Source: Antedon mediterranea (Eukaryota; Animalia; Echinodermata). From it: 64,000 nt of DNA. Position 1 is the first letter of the stretch; each line of letters starts with the position of its first letter. Location of the stretch: assembly GCF_964355755.1 (NCBI RefSeq), contig NC_092675.1, positions 2,041,812 through 2,105,811 on the forward strand, given 5' to 3'. The position numbers were made by a program, and so were the translations under genes. Under the pieces are notes generated by a model. That model had not been told where the DNA came from. It saw nothing but the letters and a program-made list of their open reading frames with translations, and ran no database searches. Below, one piece after another: positions 63,101-64,000 of the stretch.

Positions 63101-63952
63101 TAACATTTAAAGCGCAGTGCGCGCGCAAAAATCTGCGCACTCATGGCAATTTTGTAAACGCTTAAAATTGCCTGGAACGTACTCTTATTTCATCGAAAAT
63201 AAATTTTAAAAATTTTAAGCGCGCGTACGCATGCGTTACATGCGCTACGCACGTAATTGTATTGCCATAATTTATGATGATTTATGCCCTGAAATTTATG
63301 AGTACCAAATTTTATTTAATTGTGATTTATGGTTGTGAAGATATGATTACAAACGTGATTTCGTTAAATCGTGCGTAGACCGCGTAGATTTTTTTTCGCA
63401 CCGTGAAAACATAACCACATCGATTCCTGGCCATAAGGAATATACTGTGAAAAATTGACTTAGCTAGATTAAACTGATATCAAGATAAGGTCAGAAAGCG
63501 ATAAAACGCATAGTGATACCGGACCGACAGACAGACCGACCGACATAGTGAACTATAGAGTCGCGTCCACGCGACTAAAAAGGGTGAAATAACAAACTTT
63601 TGTTCGACCAAAATTTTGGTCAAGGTGGATAATAAAAATGATGTGATTTCTAATGATATATTCAACAACAAACATTGCAAAGAAATATTTAAGAGGGAAA
63701 ATATATCGTTTCGTCATAATAACCGTTCAGTGGTTTTACCTCATAAAAGTTCATGTGGAAATTGAAGTCTCCTTTACCATTGGCTCCAAAAGAAATTCTA
63801 TCGAATACTGGCAAAAACTCATTACTAATGCTTGACTTTTTGCTAAAGCTACAGGTTACTGGTATAGAAACGTCTTTCTTTCTGATAATATCGTCAGTTC
63901 CCGTATTAGAGCTTCTGATTAGGTTCGTATAAACAATCGCATCATCCTTTTC
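54477..63952 (-). CDS. Zona pellucida (ZP) domain transmembrane protein, last 5 coding exons (5' part beyond the window)
   Basis: Exons 63952-63740 (IVYTNLI...IPVTCSF...GKGDFNFHMNFYE), 62277-62105 (DETF...GDMMYFALSV...DNCKALP...YYVIQHG), 61423-61324 (CMRDST...IEAFMF), 55182-55020 (IVLECDLVLC...RCPTSC...RKRR), 54619-54477 (TM SIVSIVMFFMAVILCLATVF, stop TAG). GT-AG boundaries, consistent phases, and the canonical ZP-N/ZP-C cysteine pattern followed by furin site and TM. Confidence 0.92.
55313..55477. repeat. ~84-bp tandem repeat (continues at 60121-60224 and 60767-60860)
   Basis: Unit ctacttgtaaagtgacttactagatcaactgatttatttcgaaactgaacttacttttatactaacttgtaaactgacttagtt. The array resumes in register after each insertion. 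Confidence 0.9.
55478..55795 (+). CDS. LINE ORF1 C-terminal fragment (L1-type RRM/CTD), 5'-truncated
   Basis: Open frame STKRKQTPRLIHVKLLRFTDRQFVLRNAAKTLKNNPLHTNLIYISDDVSKKVREQRKIL...NSK*. PR.I.VK.LR..D and I.I.DD.S..VR..R are L1 ORF1p motifs. Confidence 0.8.
   Translation, partial: STKRKQTPRLIHVKLLRFTDRQFVLRNAAKTLKNNPLHTNLIYISDDVSKKVREQRKILRQNHIERIRRRSDVKFAFIPFCVPPVIRYQKQDGRFESFVPGQNSK
56272..59943 (+). CDS. LINE ORF2 polyprotein (APE endonuclease, reverse transcriptase, CCHC), 1223 aa
   Basis: EN motifs SLNVRGL, LQETH, GGDFN, RLDY, SDH; RT motifs NWRPISLLN, DFEKAFD, GLRQGCPLSP, QFADD, YLGV; C-terminal CSFC...HMFFEC. Confidence 0.97.
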   Translation: MGSIDICSLNVRGLRNPFKRSTVFNWLRDQPFSIYLLQETHCTHELETAWRNDWGSEIKFSNGKNNSAGVCILLKLNVSYKIGNIYNDQNGKFIIMNIQIEDKHITIANLYGPNDDNSFFFEQFNNKIEEFAQYSLIIGGDFNTILEPDLDKKNGRGQIHPRSVEQINSIKDNYNLIDIWRQENPTKTQFTWHSNQSPKVFCRLDYFLISYELWSQVEKTLISPGFKSDHSLITLSIHGITSKRGSGFWKLNTSLLSDPQYVKEIKETIKNTKEECLENNPHTVWEMIKCNTRRTSMSYSGRLNKTIKKDADRLNNEIKTLEEQYCVNSNEKITEMIQIKRNELESIYEIRTRGSLIRSKARWIEEGEKSTKYFLNLERRNYNKKHITKITTDNGDITNPDDIINEEKRFYESLYSFEGENNNVNPADIFDKIHIDKINKDDESICDQPLRDTECLEALKAMDNNKTPGTDGFPAEFYKLFWNDIKDTLINAYHYSFQSGFLSISQKRGVISLIPKKDKSPLLLKNWRPISLLNVDYKILAKAIATRLKCVLPSVINPDQTGFLKGRYIGENIRLVYDVIKYAEMHNKPNLLFFVDFEKAFDKVKWDFLDMSLKRFGFGKNMINWIKILYKDIVSCVINNGVTSKFFNLKRGLRQGCPLSPYLFIICAETLGNMVRQSDTFKGIEYNNVDIRISQFADDTVFFLKDQNSIKPIIDILDEFSIYSGLRINYEKSNIMRIGSLRNCDYKTPSEKSISWTKGPVKYLGVNISCNFNDIFRLNFPDKAKNAEQLLNMWKQRSLTLFGKATIIKSLFLPIFTYVFSNLPDPPDCFLQDIQSKIFKFIWNGKPDKVKRKVMLNNFDEGGLKIPHIKSYCTSLKSCWVKRYLDGNQSKWKVFLKSKIKEVGGNIVFETNFSKSSKILKQFERFHKDILSAWSEYNFVEPYTIEDILNQSLWNNSCFDKREFKVEKNWLVKNVNYVKDIVNKEGKILELDEFNQKYNFKPDFLLYHQIVNSIPKLWKQKLIEQGINTTNEVESKLQTFISVKTRNCHYIYKHIILKNVEEPIGIESKWEKEFDNKLNWKNLFSNLHACTNDTKLKNFQFKFIHRIIYTNTMLFKMSKVDSPMCSFCKEKQETLLHMFFECDLVKNIWENVKQYMYRNINNNLIITKESICFGFGKTHSDANILILITKWYIFSCKIKKQLLNYNHLFHIYQKYKATILLAK
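60225..60766. mobile_element. 542-bp non-autonomous DNA transposon with TAG...CTA hairpin ends and a 10-bp TSD (AcademH-like, by inference)
   Basis: TSD tgacttagtc at 60215-60224 and 60767-60776. Left end tagtctgggttccagac, right end agacttggggcaagtcta, subterminal IR ccagacggagt/actccgtctgg. Confidence 0.75.
62863..63581 (-). mobile_element. Long Helentron-associated (HINE/DINE-1-like) element in a ZP-gene intron
   Basis: The right end is the reverse complement of 23310-23400 (agtcgcgtccacgcgactaaaaa plus a GACC/GACA microsatellite). The left end aaacaaggcc...gcagtcgcgtgctc supplies the sub-TIR and terminus. Confidence 0.8.
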
Positions 63953-64000
63953 CTGTATGATTTTTTAGAAAGCAAAAGGAAACATTGGGGAAAATATACT

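Overview
AT-rich, intron-containing animal genomic DNA. A Deu-domain-like SINE remnant suggests an invertebrate deuterostome, but this is inference. The first ~27 kb has no recognisable host gene; it holds LINE fragments (L2/CR1-like, RTE), MITEs, a Helentron-type element, a long hairpin element and several tandem repeats. From 27 to 64 kb I reconstructed four spliced genes exon by exon: a GH20 beta-hexosaminidase (- strand, 11 exons), a DEG/ENaC channel (+, 11 exons), a membrane-anchored single-unit GH31 alpha-glucosidase of MGAM/SI type (+, 23 exons, last exon tandemly duplicated), and the 3' part of a ZP-domain membrane protein (-, 5 exons, almost invisible in the ORF track). One ZP intron contains a young 5'-truncated L1/Tx1 LINE with intact ORF2, poly(A) and TSD, plus a hairpin-ended DNA element, both inserted in an ~84-bp tandem repeat. 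The most unusual signals are strongly enriched TA->TAGGCCTA micro-insertions (visible against repeat units that lack them), a hammerhead ribozyme core in a Penelope-like fragment, and a hexosaminidase with a GPI-like tail and an AA at the expected last splice acceptor. All coordinates were read by hand and no database search was run.
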